A stretch of 63,330 bases of DNA, filler included, from Dirinaria sp. TL-2023a (taxonomy: Eukaryota): assembly GCA_051941275.1 (NCBI GenBank). It is 34 parts of 34 records of this genome, joined end to end, with 100 filler letters (N's around TTAATTAATTAA, not from the genome) between each part and the next. Parts side by side here need not be neighbours in the genome. Positions count along the whole stretch, not along the records: positions 35,767 to 37,526 come from JAVEBF010002550.1; positions 37,627 to 39,386 come from JAVEBF010002551.1; positions 39,487 to 41,240 come from JAVEBF010002552.1; positions 41,341 to 43,089 come from JAVEBF010002553.1; positions 43,190 to 44,937 come from JAVEBF010002554.1; positions 45,038 to 46,783 come from JAVEBF010002555.1; positions 46,884 to 48,627 come from JAVEBF010002556.1; positions 48,728 to 50,469 come from JAVEBF010002557.1; 26 more parts are not named here. One strand, 5' to 3'. This document shows positions 36,528 to 48,930 of this stretch, piece after piece (within the stretch, counting starts at the first letter, position 1; every line of letters begins with the position of its first letter). Both the position numbers and the translations under genes were made by a program. Below the pieces are notes generated by a model. That model was not told the origin of the DNA. It saw nothing but the letters and a program-made list of their open reading frames with translations, and did not search any database.

Positions 36528-37526
36528 ATGCTTGCCCAGATATTAGGCATCATTTGCTGCCTCGACGCCCTCACGCTTGTTAATTCCGCTCCTGCAGTGC
36601 AGCAACCATTGATCGAGCGACCCGCACATGGTAGCCAAACTGAAGAGCTTGTCAAGGCCGGCCATGGAAGGAAGCTACATGGCAGATTCTTGCAGATAAC
36701 AGGTATGAAGTCCAAGCAAAAATCCCCTCTGCGAATCTAGACTAATACTCCTTCGTCAAATGTAGACTTTCACCCAGATCCATTCTACGAGCCGTATTCT
36801 TCTACAGAATCCGACAAAGCTTGTCACCGAGGTGAGGGTCCTGCGGGAGCTTTTGGGGCGGAAACCACAGATTGCGACGCTCCAATAGCTCTTGTCAACG
36901 CCACGTTCAAATGGATCGATAAGCACGTGAAAGACTCTATCGACTTCATCGTATGGACTGGAGATTCGGCTCGCCATGATAACGACGAAGAGATACCTAG
37001 AACATCCGACCAAGTTAGTAAATTGAACGAGCTCATGGTTAATAAGTTTGCGGAGTCTTTTGGGACGGACGATGAGGATCCGACCAATGCTTTCACTGTT
37101 CCCATCATACCGACTTTCGGCAATAATGACATTCTACCCCATAACATTTTCTCAGACGGGCCCAATCAATGGACGAAGCACTACCTGCACATTTGGAGAA
37201 AGTTTATACCTGAGGAGCAAAGGCACGGTTTCGAAAGAGGAGGTTGGTTCTTCGTTGAGGCCATACCTAATAAGCTGGCCGTCTTTAGCTTAAACACCCT
37301 ATATTTCTTCGACTCCAATACAGCCGTGGATGGCTGTGCTGAGAACACCGAACCTGGCTATGCTCAGATGGAGTGGCTTCGGATTCAGTTACAATTTATA
37401 CGGCAGAGGGGAATGAAGGCGATCATAACCGGCCACGTAGCTCCTGCAAGAACCGAAAGTAAGATGAGCTGGGATGAGACCTGCTGGCAAAAGTATACAT
37501 TGTGGATGCAGCAATACCGGGATGTT
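36528..37526 (+). CDS. PPN1: Endopolyphosphatase (calcineurin-like metallophosphoesterase), 3'-truncated
   Basis: N-terminal hydrophobic segment; LHGRFLQIT|DFHPDPFY, TDCDAP, WTGDSARHDND, GNNDILPHN, ITGHVAP. Confidence 0.9.
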
Positions 37527-38879
37527 NNNNNNNNNNNNNNNNNNNNNNNNNNNNNNNNNNNNNNNNNNNNTTAATTAATTAANNNNNNNNNNNNNNNNNN
37601 NNNNNNNNNNNNNNNNNNNNNNNNNNTAGGCTTTGGGGAGTACAGCTAGTTCCGAGGTGGCAAGTGGGCCGGCTCGGGCGACGATTTGAGGCGGTCCTCA
37701 GGATGACGTTCAGTTGACTTCATCGGTAGAACTGACCGTATTAGCCATCATTGGTAGGACCAACCTCCGTAGATCGAGGTTGAAACGTGCACTGCTAGAT
37801 TCTAAATCGCAGATCTCGGGCACTATCGCCGGACCGTGTGAAGCTACTGCTGCACATCGAGCCTCCAAGCAGTAGCTTCACGCGCAGCAGAAGCTTCAGC
37901 TATTGGGCGGGCAAAATGCGACGGCAGATCGCGTTGCCGGGCGAGCCGGCCTCTCCAGATGAGGTTACAGAGACCGAAGAAATGAAAGAAAGCCTGGTAT
38001 GTGGAAGAAATTTGCAATGAACGAAGCCGGCACTTGCATTTCGCAGCCACGAAGTGTATAAAAAGCAAAGTTAAGAAGCTGTGCTCGTACGGAGATTGAT
38101 GTCGTAAGTCTGCAGACTACAAAGCAAGTGATCTGCCATCCGAACGAGGGCTGTTACAATGCGATACGACGGACGATTTCGATGCAGGTGATAGCGAAGC
38201 ATTTGCCCAAGCCACAGCAGGTGCTCGAGGTGCTCGATATGCTCATCGCATATGCATTGTGATATGCACTGCCAGTTCTGTCGGGGAAGCCGAGGGTGAC
38301 AGGTGGGTAGTACGGCCGAGATAAAGGTCGACAGAGTGACTGCGCCTCAGATGTCGCCGAGATTGACTCCTCACTTACTCTCATCCTAAACTTTTCCGCA
38401 CTTTCGCACGTCTTCCATTCGTATTGCTGTGACTCAGGTGTACTAACTCGCTCTATCTCTGCTTTACATCCCTTCAATTGCAATGTCCTCCCCCTTTCTA
38501 GTTTCACATTGAGCAGATCATGTGCTTCAGCTTTCTTCTAGCAACCGTTACGTTTGGCTGTTAGTGTGATATCGTGCCGTTGTTGTGCACATTCAAATGT
38601 ATCTATCGTCTCTTTTCGCCTTTCTGCAATCTCGCACTTTTCCGTGCGGTGTATTTATCCATCTTTTTACACCCTCTTTTTTTCTCATTAGAGATGTACT
38701 GACTCGTAATGTTTTCGTTCTAATTTACAAAGACAATATTTGAATTGTGTTCTTCGCACAGGAAGCTATCTTTCTTGCTCTTTCTCTGGAAGCGCTTTCG
38801 ATACCTCATGGACATGCAGGATCAAAAGTGCTATATTTGGTGGTTTGGGCCTCGTCGGCGACAGAGATGACTACATTAC

Positions 38880-39386
38880 AGACAAACATTATCTGCAAAT
38901 GCTGCCTCCAGCGCAAACTGGTGCCGCTGCAGCACGGCCGATATCTGGAGTTGGTGAATGAGCAAAGAAAGCCTAATGCGATATCAACGGCGGTGCTGGA
39001 GCAAGAGATAAATTAAGCGTTTGTGAAAGCCGAACGGGTGCCGATAAAGTACTATATATATCCGTCGCCATGTAAACTACTTGAAGCACTGCTAAATGCG
39101 TCAAATATGTGCACACTATTTAAAAAGGTGGGCCGAGCGAATGACGAGCCTCGATCAGTCAACTGTAATGCCATGACCACATACCAATACACACACTCAC
39201 CGGTAAGCAATGACAATCCGCACACGGTGACAAGCTTTGGCACAACGTTCTCTCGTCAAAGTCAGCGCTAAAGAAACTTTGTTGCGGATCTGACGAGCGT
39301 CGAGCTCCTTGTAGGAGTACTCAATCGGACGCTCGCTTGTACGCTGATTTAGAAGGGCTTCATGAGCTCCACGTGATCTTTAACGA
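38880..39386 (+). repeat. Second copy of the 507-nt sequence at 31435-31941
   Basis: Direct comparison of the two copies. Confidence 0.92.
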
Positions 39387-39486
39387 NNNNNNNNNNNNNN
39401 NNNNNNNNNNNNNNNNNNNNNNNNNNNNNNTTAATTAATTAANNNNNNNNNNNNNNNNNNNNNNNNNNNNNNNNNNNNNNNNNNNN

Positions 39487-41240
39487 GAGACTCATTTCAT
39501 AAACACGTTGTCGCGTTTTAATCACTGTTGCGTGATGAATGTTTTGAGATCGTGATTTCGTTTTTTTATGACATTCAAATCATTTTATACAGTCGTCATG
39601 CTGAGAACTCGTTGCGTTTTAAAAAATTATTGAGATTTTTTGTTTGACGTGTTGATAATCAAACGCTCTAAAACGTTGTTCTTTATTTGTTTGTAGTTCG
39701 TCAGTTTTTTCTAAGTCATGTGATAGTTGATTTGTACGTATTGAATTCGAGAAAAATATTTCTCGATGATACGAGCGAAATGAAAAAGAATTTTAAAGAC
39801 ATGCGTTCTGCGCAGCATGCAGTGAGAGTATATTCGTTTCAGATTTCGATCTTTAGTCACATTATTCATTTTGTCGATCGTAATTCAAGATTTAACGATC
39901 TTCATAATTAGAATCAACTTGACTTCGAAATGATTAGAAGACAGCTCAAAAAGATTAACATTCTCGTTTAATTTAATCTTTTTCAGATATTCAGATGTTT
40001 ATTAATTCTCGTTCGCTGAGTTCTGTAACAGACTCAGATATTCGAGTACATTTTTTACGTCGTTAGAAATGAGGATTTCTGTCATCAGTATATAATGATC
40101 GAGTCTCAGTCATTGAATAATTTTAGATATGTCTGCGCTTATATTTTTGACGAAATGAGTCTCATCTATAACAACATTTCTAAACAGATCGTTGAGATTT
40201 GTTTTTCAGATTTCGTCAAGAATGTTTCGATCTAAAATATGTCTTTTTCTCAGTTTTTTCGTTCGTCACGCTGTAAAACTCTTGAGATCGTGTCTCTCAT
40301 TTCAAATGTGAGAAATTGTGATGATCAGCACGATCGCATTTTTCTTTTTCTTTTTATCGAAAATCTCGTGATCGTTGTAAAACGTCTTTACGAGTTTTTT
40401 TTTCGACTTTATTCTCTTCGATTGCGATCTTTTATCGCCGTGATACAGTCAGAGATCAAATACATCGAGAAAAACTCGATCAATTGTTTTAATTCATTGA
40501 GTTATGAGATGAATGAGAAGAATTATGAGAGTGAGTTTCGTCATGAGTCGACAATTTTTCGAAAATCGTTTTCGATCGTTTAGCGACTGAAAAAAGATTG
40601 TCAGCGCGCACGAACATATGAAGATTTCAGCGTCACAGAATACATGAGAAATCTTTCACGAACATAATTGAGAGATACTCATCATTAAAAAATAAATTAA
40701 AATCTCTCAAATCTTTCTCAGACTCATATAATCGACGAGAATACATTCTCGTAAATAAGAGTGATTTTTCATATTGAGAAGAAAATTTACAGCGACAGAT
40801 TGTCAGAATTCGAGAGCTGTGAACAAGATCATTTTTGAAATTCGATAAACTGTTTTATCAATGTCGATTCAGAGAATGCTTAGACGTGTGCATGACTCTT
40901 TCAAATTCTCACGCTGAAAGTTGATGTTGTCAAAATACGACTCAATTTTGTCGAAATCGACGATCGTTTTCTAATCGAATGTTTAAAATATTATTGCATC
41001 TTGAGCGAAGAAGCTGTTGACATTCATCGATGCATGTCAGATTTTGACATCTTTTTTGATCGTGTTAGTCATTTTCTTTCGTTCTGAAATCATTTGCAAA
41101 ATAAATTTCACAGAACGATCTTTCGTCTGTCTAATCTGCTCAATCAGATAACATTTTCAATATCGAAATTGTAAATCTGAGATCTTGAAAATACATTTTA
41201 TAATCATTTTTTTTCGCATTTGTTGACGATCGTTTATTCG
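39487..41240 (-). pseudogene. Hypermutated SNF2-family helicase/ATPase gene fragment
   Basis: Motif I RECILVDYMSLRKI* (from RGCILADYMGLGKTW, ~40710-40750). Motif Ia KLTLIILLIHLITQ*IK (~40490-40540). Motif II VVIDETHFVKN (from DEAH, 40155-40166). Motif III ILMTEILISN (from LMTGTPI.N, ~40061-40090). Probable intron ending GCTGAC...CAG between I and Ia. Confidence 0.85.
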
Positions 41241-42377
41241 NNNNNNNNNNNNNNNNNNNNNNNNNNNNNNNNNNNNNNNNNNNNTTAATTAATTAANNNN
41301 NNNNNNNNNNNNNNNNNNNNNNNNNNNNNNNNNNNNNNNNTTCTAACAGGATGTGATATGAGACCACACGCTTCATCCAGTTGTAGACTATTAACCCTAA
41401 CCATTGAATAACTCACCCTTATGAAGCTTGATGTCTTCAGTTCGGAGGATACGACTAGGGGCATATTGACTCTTGCTAGAATAGACCACAACCACGGGCC
41501 GATACACTGGGATTCATCGCTATACCTAGCTGATCGCTGATTAGTTCAAGGACTGCGAATTTGCTCGACATATATACTTGCGCTACAAAATCATTTCTAG
41601 CATATCGTGAATATCATTCCAACCGAAGATCTTGATTGGTGTGAGCTCATCAAGGCTTGAAGCAGTTGGCGTTGCCCTTCATATTCATACAGATTATTTT
41701 TCTTCTTCTTCGACATAACTATTCGTACTCATTGCTGTTTCCGACGTCACCAATCCCTCAGGGAGTGAGTTCGTTTGCAGATGACGGCGAGTTGCGGATG
41801 CAAAGGATGCCGTTTTCTGCTGTGGGTTTAGATCGATGCACATAACCTCAATTTTGGGAGACCCCCCCCGGGGGTCACCCCCATTTATGGAGGAACCTCT
41901 ACGGCGTACTGCCTCAGCACGTACTCCCCATTCGTTCAGAATACACAGGGTTCGGTTACAAGGGGGCGGGGGAGGTTCTACTTTGAGGGCGACCTGAGAG
42001 TGCCCATGCCTGGTTTAGTCTCAATACGAATCTGAAAGATAGTGATTGATGGTGAAGATTCACTTCAGCCTTGAGATTGCACAGGGATGTGATGAGTAAA
42101 AGAGGGTGTGAATTATAATGGTCACTTTATTTGATGGCTGGATTTTATTTTCTGGTTTTTTGTGGTCAGAAGACGCCGGGTCGGCGACCACATTAGACTG
42201 TACATGATATAGGAGAAGGGAAAAGTGATGCACAGAGCGCTTGTGAAGAGAGCAGAACTTAGCTTTCAAATCGCTAGTTCATAGGTGTTATCAAAGCATC
42301 TATTCAGACCTACCAAAGCAAATGCTCACGAGGAGAGAGAATGACGCGGCAGTCAATAGAGGTAGCGTGCACCTTCT

Positions 42378-43089
42378 TCACTTGTGGAGATCCAACAGAC
42401 TACGCTGCAGATTCCCGTGCATATCCTTCAACTTCTTCCTCAAGGCAATGTTTTCGGAAGATTCCGCCGCAATATCATGCAGCTCATAATCATCCATAGC
42501 AGCGACCTCCTCAGGGCAGAAGATTTGTGGCAAAGGATTAAGAAGGTGACGCTCGACCACTTGTCGACAAAAGTTGTCGACGAATGTTTTCAATGCAACC
42601 TGAGACGGTCAGCGTAGTATCTAAGATATACTTAGTTGCATAATCACCTTGTAGTAAGCCGTGAGGCCTGCGAGTGCCTCTGTACACGCTTGGGCATCCA
42701 TATCTACGACGATGCGTTTCTGAAGCGATACCAGAAGCTTTTCGGCATCGACAGAGTTGTTGCTAACATGAAGCTTGCCATTCCAATCCTGGCTTGAAGC
42801 CTCATTCATCGCCTTCTTGACCAGCTTTCGAGTCGAATCCTGGCGGGCGTTCTGGACGTTATCCGTGTAGTAATGGTTGTAAGTAATTGGCTGCTGCTTC
42901 TCGTCCTCACAGAGCCTCGAGAGCTCTTCTTCTGCTCTATTCTTGTTTTTCAGTAGAGCATGCTCCAAGCGGTTCCAAAGTTTACCCCGGGTCTGGCTGT
43001 CTGGTGTGATATGGCCGAGAGCTGATTGGACGAAGTTCTCAATAATGTCGGAGAATACCTTTAGTTGCTTGCCGGCAATGGTTCCCCAT
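42378..43089 (-). CDS. C-terminus (stalk/GED) of a fungal Mx-like dynamin-family GTPase
   Basis: EELSRLCEDEKQQPITYNHYYTDNVQNAR...ACTEALAGLTAYYK|intron|VALKTFVDNFCRQVVERHLL...IAAES. Confidence 0.88.
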
Positions 43090-43229
43090 NNNNNNNNNNN
43101 NNNNNNNNNNNNNNNNNNNNNNNNNNNNNNNNNTTAATTAATTAANNNNNNNNNNNNNNNNNNNNNNNNNNNNNNNNNNNNNNNNNNNNACGTCGACGAG
43201 TGCAAAGATAAGAGTGATAATTAGTGTAA

Positions 43230-43428
43230 TGTCAGGGCCTGCACAGCGCTCAATAACATATGAGTGCTAGTAGACTAGAACACTAACTATGAAGAAGAAA
43301 AGGAAAGGAAATCTATCTACAGAAAGACTCAAATAGGAACCCGGAGCAATATCGGTCCGAGGGGACGCCAGACCTGATCATGTGACCTGATCATGTGACC
43401 TGACCTAAGGTGCTCCAGGTTCATGACA
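43230..43428 (-). mobile_element. LTR family B, full-length 199 nt, lightly mutated
   Basis: TGTCA...TGACA termini; reverse complement of 5710-5881; no TSD (TGTAA/GTCTT). Confidence 0.82.
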
Positions 43429-43636
43429 GTCTTCGAAACGACGCTGCAGCGTGAATCTAACGACATTGTATTTTTTAGCAGTAGTAGCAAGATTTGATAT
43501 CTTCTGCGATTTCAAATCATCAACTGCTACTAAGATAGCTTTATTATTGAACATTGTAGAGCTTTGCAAAGTTGAGAAGAACAAAATATTAGAAGTGCGC
43601 ATCAGGTGTCGATGCGTATAAGATGTCGAATTACGT
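43429..43636 (-). mobile_element. 5' end of a pogo/Fot1-like DNA transposon, truncated by the LTR
   Basis: TA|ACGTAATTCG... terminus, then from 43554 MFNNKAILVAVDDLKSQKISNLATTAKKYNVVRFTLQRRF, a psq-type HTH pattern. Confidence 0.7.
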
Positions 43637-43849
43637 TACTCATACGCTTTTCTTAATCCACAACTTTCGATCCTCAACGCCCAACACCCAACCCCCAACC
43701 AGAGAAATTTTTGCTCCTAAAACACTATTTTTAAAATAACTCAACAACGAAACGTGTAATTGACTTTATTGACGCGTCATTCGACTCGTCTAATTATTGC
43801 ATATTAGTCTGTGTGCGATAGTCACGATGACAAGATCTGATTGATCGTC

Positions 43850-44574
43850 AATGAGGCAAGACAAATCTGATATACGCGAGCATGACATAATGCTGCTTGT
43901 TAATACAAAAATTATACAGATCAGAGCAGAGCATAAAAACGTATCACAATCGACTATAAGAGCATGACTCAACGAGATAGTAGACTATCTGAAACGAGCA
44001 AAAGATTTTACAATGCAGTCAGAAGCAATGAAGATCATCAATCGATTGATTATTAAAATAGAACGCAGTCACGAAAGAATTGAGGAAAATACAACGATCA
44101 TACGCAGTCACATAGCAGAAATCGCAGCAACATCTGCTGCATTCTCATCGACGACTCTCATTGCTTTCAGAATCTGAGCAGCAGTGACAGCGAGCGCATC
44201 GTCATCGACGTCAAAATCTTTCATCAATAAAAATATCGAGATTATAGTTCGTCTAAACGATAGCAACGTCAAACAAAAGCTTAGAGATCAGAATGCAGAG
44301 CACATTGTAAACAGCGTCAACGAAATCATCGCGAAGAAGAATCTCACAGCGAAAAGCATCAGAGTAGTCAAGAAATTGCTCAACGAAGATATCGCTATAC
44401 ACACGATCAATAAAGAAGAAGCGAAAAAGTTTAAAAGCAATAACACATAAACTAAAGTGTTTGACAGCAAGATCAAAGCGATCATATAGACGTATGCGAT
44501 GATGATCATCGAGGTGAAGATCGATGAATGAAGCTTGAAAACGCCGAAATCGAGGACGATAGCAATGAAGAAGA
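43850..44574 (+). pseudogene. Hypermutated LINE (Tad-like) ORF1 remnant
   Basis: EIIVRLND...IRVVKKLLNEDIAIHTINKEEAKKF...*TKVF, from ..KLPSGDI......EA..L....W. Confidence 0.6.
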
Positions 44575-44937
44575 TATTACGACCCTGGAACACCTAAGTA
44601 GTAAAATAGGCATCAAGTCCCTTGACTTGATTTAGTTAGTCTTTTGACGCTGTCAGGACTTTTATCATTGAGAAATCTATCTAATCAAGGTTGGATCTTT
44701 GACATTAAACCAAGTCAACACGGTCGCAAAATTCTAAGTTCGATTTTCAGCTCGAACGCTTGAAGAGTTTTCGAGTTTCGACGAGAACTTGTGACTGAGA
44801 GCTTGTCTAAACTCAAAGCGACTACTGTTTTCTGTCAACAACACTTTAGACTCTCTCTAAAACCCCGCGCGTCATGACTCGCTCTGATTAGTCTTGCTCA
44901 TCGCAGAACGCGATTTCTCTAGAGAGAGGGGTAGTGT
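44575..44937 (+). mobile_element. Second family-C miniature LTR element, moderately mutated
   Basis: LTR 44575-44704. The interior shares ~115 nt with 16681 onward, then diverges, and ends AGAGAGAGGGGTAG|TGT at the contig end (polypurine tract plus probable 3' LTR start). Confidence 0.7.
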
Positions 44938-45221
44938 NNNNNNNNNNNNNNNNNNNNNNNNNNNNNNNNNNNNNNNNNNNNTTAATTAATTAANNNNNNN
45001 NNNNNNNNNNNNNNNNNNNNNNNNNNNNNNNNNNNNNTTTTTTTTTTTTTTTTCCATGATTACATGGCTCTGATAAACCGCTTAATAACGAGCGCCATCG
45101 CTATGCCATATGCCATTCAAATACGCCCTTGGTAAATATACCCAGCGTTCTGCTTTCCAATGCCAATCCCAAACCAAACTGAAAAAAGAAAAGAAGAAGA
45201 AAAAAAAAAGAACGATGTCCT

Positions 45222-46217
45222 TCAATCCGCCGCCGCATCAGCATCAGCAGCAGAAGCAGCATTCCCCACACCCCTCAACAGCACCACCGTATTCCCATTC
45301 CCAAGCACATCCCCCGCCAGCTCCCCAAACTCAAGCAACCTGCCCCCCTCGACATGAAAAACCCTCAACCGCGCCTCCTCCCCCCCACCGCGATTATTCA
45401 GGTTCTCGACCTGCAGGCCCCGCGCCGCCACGTCGAGCAAACGGCCTACACTCCACTCCTTCGAGAACCAGAACGCGCCGCTCGGCAACTTTGAAGAGGT
45501 GCTGCTCGCTTCGGCTTCGACGTGCAGATAGATTCTTTTTTCGGGGGGAACTTTGGCGTCGCCTTTTGCGGTCTTTTTGAGGTTGTTTAGAGCCAAGATC
45601 CGGTTTGCGGTGGTGGAGGAGGTGGAGGATGATGAGGAGAAAGGTTTCGGTTTCAGGTTCGGGGTCAGAGAGGCCTGCCGCTCTTTACTCCAGAGCTTCA
45701 AGCGGCCGAGCGCGGAGCGGGCTTTCTCGACGCTCTGAAGCTGCTGCCGCGGGGCTGGCTGCAAGGTCGCGCACGAATGGTCTTCTCGCAGCCGGTGTTT
45801 GAGGCAGTATTGCCGCATGCAGATATCGCACCCCACTCCGACTGAGTTATGTGTATTGATCACCGTTTTGCATTCCGGGAGCGAGCACTGCGATGGCGAT
45901 GGCTGTGGCGCCGGCGCTACTGAAGATATAGTCCTACCATTATTGCTGTTATTGCCGGTAGCTGAGGTTGAGGTTGTTGGTGGAGAAAGGTTTTTCTTTC
46001 GCCGCGCCCATTCCCCCTCGCGCACGCATCTGTGGGCGCTCTCGGTGCGGTGCTCGAGGCAGTAGGTGCCCCGGCAGGATTCGCATCGGAAGGGCAGGAA
46101 GTCGAGTTGGTTGCAGTAGCTGTATTGGCAGTGGGCGCCGATGGCTTCGAGGTCTTTGTCCATGGTGGTGAAGGATTGGGCGGTTTCTGAGGGAGCCGGG
46201 GGCGTTGGGGTCGCCAT
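45222..46217 (-). CDS. AN1-type zinc-finger protein (Cuz1/ZFAND1-like), complete
   Basis: IGAHCQYSYCNQLDFLPFRCESCRGTYCLEHRTESAHRC; second AN1 finger CDICMRQYCLKHRLREDHSC; C-terminal WSVGRLLDVAA ubiquitin-like region. Confidence 0.92.
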   Translation of the reverse strand: MATPTPPAPSETAQSFTTMDKDLEAIGAHCQYSYCNQLDFLPFRCESCRGTYCLEHRTESAHRCVREGEWARRKKNLSPPTTSTSATGNNSNNGRTISSVAPAPQPSPSQCSLPECKTVINTHNSVGVGCDICMRQYCLKHRLREDHSCATLQPAPRQQLQSVEKARSALGRLKLWSKERQASLTPNLKPKPFSSSSSTSSTTANRILALNNLKKTAKGDAKVPPEKRIYLHVEAEASSTSSKLPSGAFWFSKEWSVGRLLDVAARGLQVENLNNRGGGEEARLRVFHVEGGRLLEFGELAGDVLGNGNTVVLLRGVGNAASAADADAAAD

Positions 46218-47259
46218 CTTGGAAGCAGGGGGAGGCTTTCTTTTGAATGTGCAGATTACAGAGTGTATGCAGCTGCCGCGCAGGCAGCTGTGGCCTCGTC
46301 AGCTCCCTTGGATTCGGTATAGAGTGTTGTTTGTGGATTGCTAAGGTAATCAATCTTCTGCCTGAGACAGGAAGATGCTGGAACGTGGCGCGGGCCGGAG
46401 ATAAGCCGCTTGGAATCCGTTATCTTATCACATATTCGAAGATCGATTGTGTGGAGGTAGACATGCTTGGGCGGGAAAAGGAGATTAGTATCTTGAAGTC
46501 AATATTTCGTGCTTCTTATCTATTTCTACACGTAGGGCGATTTGTGGTTTTCATATGTGCATGGAGCTGATATTATTGGTCGAGTCCTCGGGGATGGGTA
46601 TTGTAAGATATCGAGGGAAAGGAGGGCGCACCATGGATAGGACGCAATGTAACAGGGTCACTGAAGGTTCACTTTCAGTGAGCATGGAAAGAGGACTCGG
46701 GATATTTTAGCTCTTTGAGAGTAGGGTATACTACCGAAGTGGAATGTTAGATAGAGAAGTAGATACATACGACTAGAAAAGCGNNNNNNNNNNNNNNNNN
46801 NNNNNNNNNNNNNNNNNNNNNNNNNNNTTAATTAATTAANNNNNNNNNNNNNNNNNNNNNNNNNNNNNNNNNNNNNNNNNNNNGCCCTGCATTGGGTGCT
46901 TCTGTCTCGTTTCCATCAGTCAATGCGTCTTAATATCGAGTGCTCCAAGTTAGCGTGATAGAAGCTATCCTTTCGTATTTTTATGAAATTTTAGAGTTCT
47001 ATGTTTAAGCACTAACGCTTTAACAGCGGTATAGTTCATCGCCAATTCGTTGTACCCTTTTGCTCGAAAATAGCATCCTGTCAGTCTAGAAGTCTTGGAT
47101 AAATTTGGCCGTGAGGTATTTATGAACAAGCGGCATTGATAACGATCGAGGAAAACAGCTGTACGATGCCGTTTTGAGACATCATAAATAACTCTGGTAA
47201 CAACTTCCCTGATAGTCCCCAAGCACGGCAGCAATTGTAGAAACTTTGAGAGGTCTTGG

Positions 47260-48627
47260 ATGATGGGACGTGAAGAAGTTAATGGAGCGCTTTCCAATGG
47301 AACTGCGCCAGAGAATGCCCAGACATGTAGTCCTGGTCCTGGGTTCCTAATTATTGGCGCTGGCTCTCGAGGCAATGCCTACGCTCACGCGGTAACGCAA
47401 TCTACAAATGGATCTATCACTGCCGTGGCGGAGCCTATAACCTTCAAACGCGAGTCACTGGGAAGGAAGTATATATGGGGCCAAAAAGTCCCCTCCAAAT
47501 GGCAAGCTTTCGAAGATTGGAAGGAATTTGTATCCTATGAGCAGGAACGGCGGAAGCGCATAGCAGAAGGCAAACCGGTCATGCCTGGCGTCGATGGCGT
47601 TTTCATTTGCGTTTTGGACGAACTCCATGCCGAAATTATCCGGGGCCTACGGGATCTCAATCTGCATATCATGTGCGAGAAACCGTTGGCTACGACGTTG
47701 GCTGACTGTTTGAAAATCTACCGTGCATTACAGCCTGCTCAGGGTGGGTCTCCGCAAAGGATATTCTCAATCGGCCATGTCCTGCACTACAGCCCACATA
47801 ATATGCTCTTGCGCAAGCTTCTCCTCCAGGATGAGGCGATCGGCGAGATCATGTCAATCGAGCATACTGAACCCGTAGGCTGGTGGCACTTCGCTCACAG
47901 TTATGTGCGCGGTAATTGGAGAAAAGAATCAATCACCGCGCCTAGCCTCCTTACGAAGTCGTGCCACGACATCGATCTGCTGCTCTGGCTGCTTTGCTCA
48001 CCACGCTCCTCCTCCTCACGAGATCCGCCTCACCTGCCTAGCTACGTCTCCTCCACTGGTTCATTGACGTACTTCAAGCGGTCCCGGAAGCCCGTCACAG
48101 CGGGGAAAGCAACGAATTGCCTTTCATGTCCAGCTGAGCCAGAGTGCATCTACAGTGCGAAGAAAATCTATGACGATGCTTGCCTCTCCAAGGGCAACAC
48201 TGGCTGGCCTGTCGCAATAGTGGATCCCGAGATTGAGGATTGCCTCGGTCAGTATGGCCAAGCTGCGGCTCGGTCAAAGCTTTTGGACAGGCTCCGGGAG
48301 GACTACGATGCCAACACACTACAGACAAAGATTGACAGTCGCCCATGGTTCGGTCGGTGTGTTTATGAGTCTGACAATGATGTCTGCGACGATCAATTTG
48401 TCACGATTACGTGGGAAGACGATCCTCAACCGCGAACCTCAAATGGTGCCAACCACATAACCAGTCCGCTTAAAGGTAGGGGTGCGAAGACAGCAACGTT
48501 CCATATGGTAGCCTTTACCGAAGCACAATGTCAGCGGAGAGGGCGGGTGTATGGCAGCAGAGGCGAGATCTCCTACAACGACAAGGAAATCCGAGTCTAC
48601 GACTTTGGGACGAGGAAAACTGAGGCT
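47260..48627 (+). CDS. Gfo/Idh/MocA-family oxidoreductase, 3'-truncated
   Basis: IIGAGSRGNAYA, MCEKPLA, IGHVLHYSP, HSYVRGNWR, LLTKSCHDIDL. Confidence 0.93.
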
Positions 48628-48727
48628 NNNNNNNNNNNNNNNNNNNNNNNNNNNNNNNNNNNNNNNNNNNNTTAATTAATTAANNNNNNNNNNNNNNNNN
48701 NNNNNNNNNNNNNNNNNNNNNNNNNNN

Positions 48728-48930
48728 GTATTGAGAGCAGGGAAGTACACATTTGAAGAAAGCGGTGAAAAGAAGCCTGCAAAAGAACCGGCTATGAGTA
48801 TCATCTTCTTTTGTCTAGTGGTGAAAATCGAATATTCCCCCTCGCTTCTTATAAACTGTGTAGCAGGAACCATCTTGGTGTCGCGGAAGTCAAGATCACT
48901 ATGCGACTCGTGAGAAATCTGTTCCTCCAT
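48728..48930 (-). CDS. N-terminus of a DHA1-family MFS transporter
   Basis: YSIFTTRQKKMILIAGSFAGFFSPLSSNVYFPALN is a typical first-TM motif of Qdr-like transporters. Confidence 0.82.

Noticed and set aside
41855..41882. GACCCCCCCCGGGGGTC palindrome
   Set aside because: A short homopolymer-driven symmetry seen once, with no supporting context.
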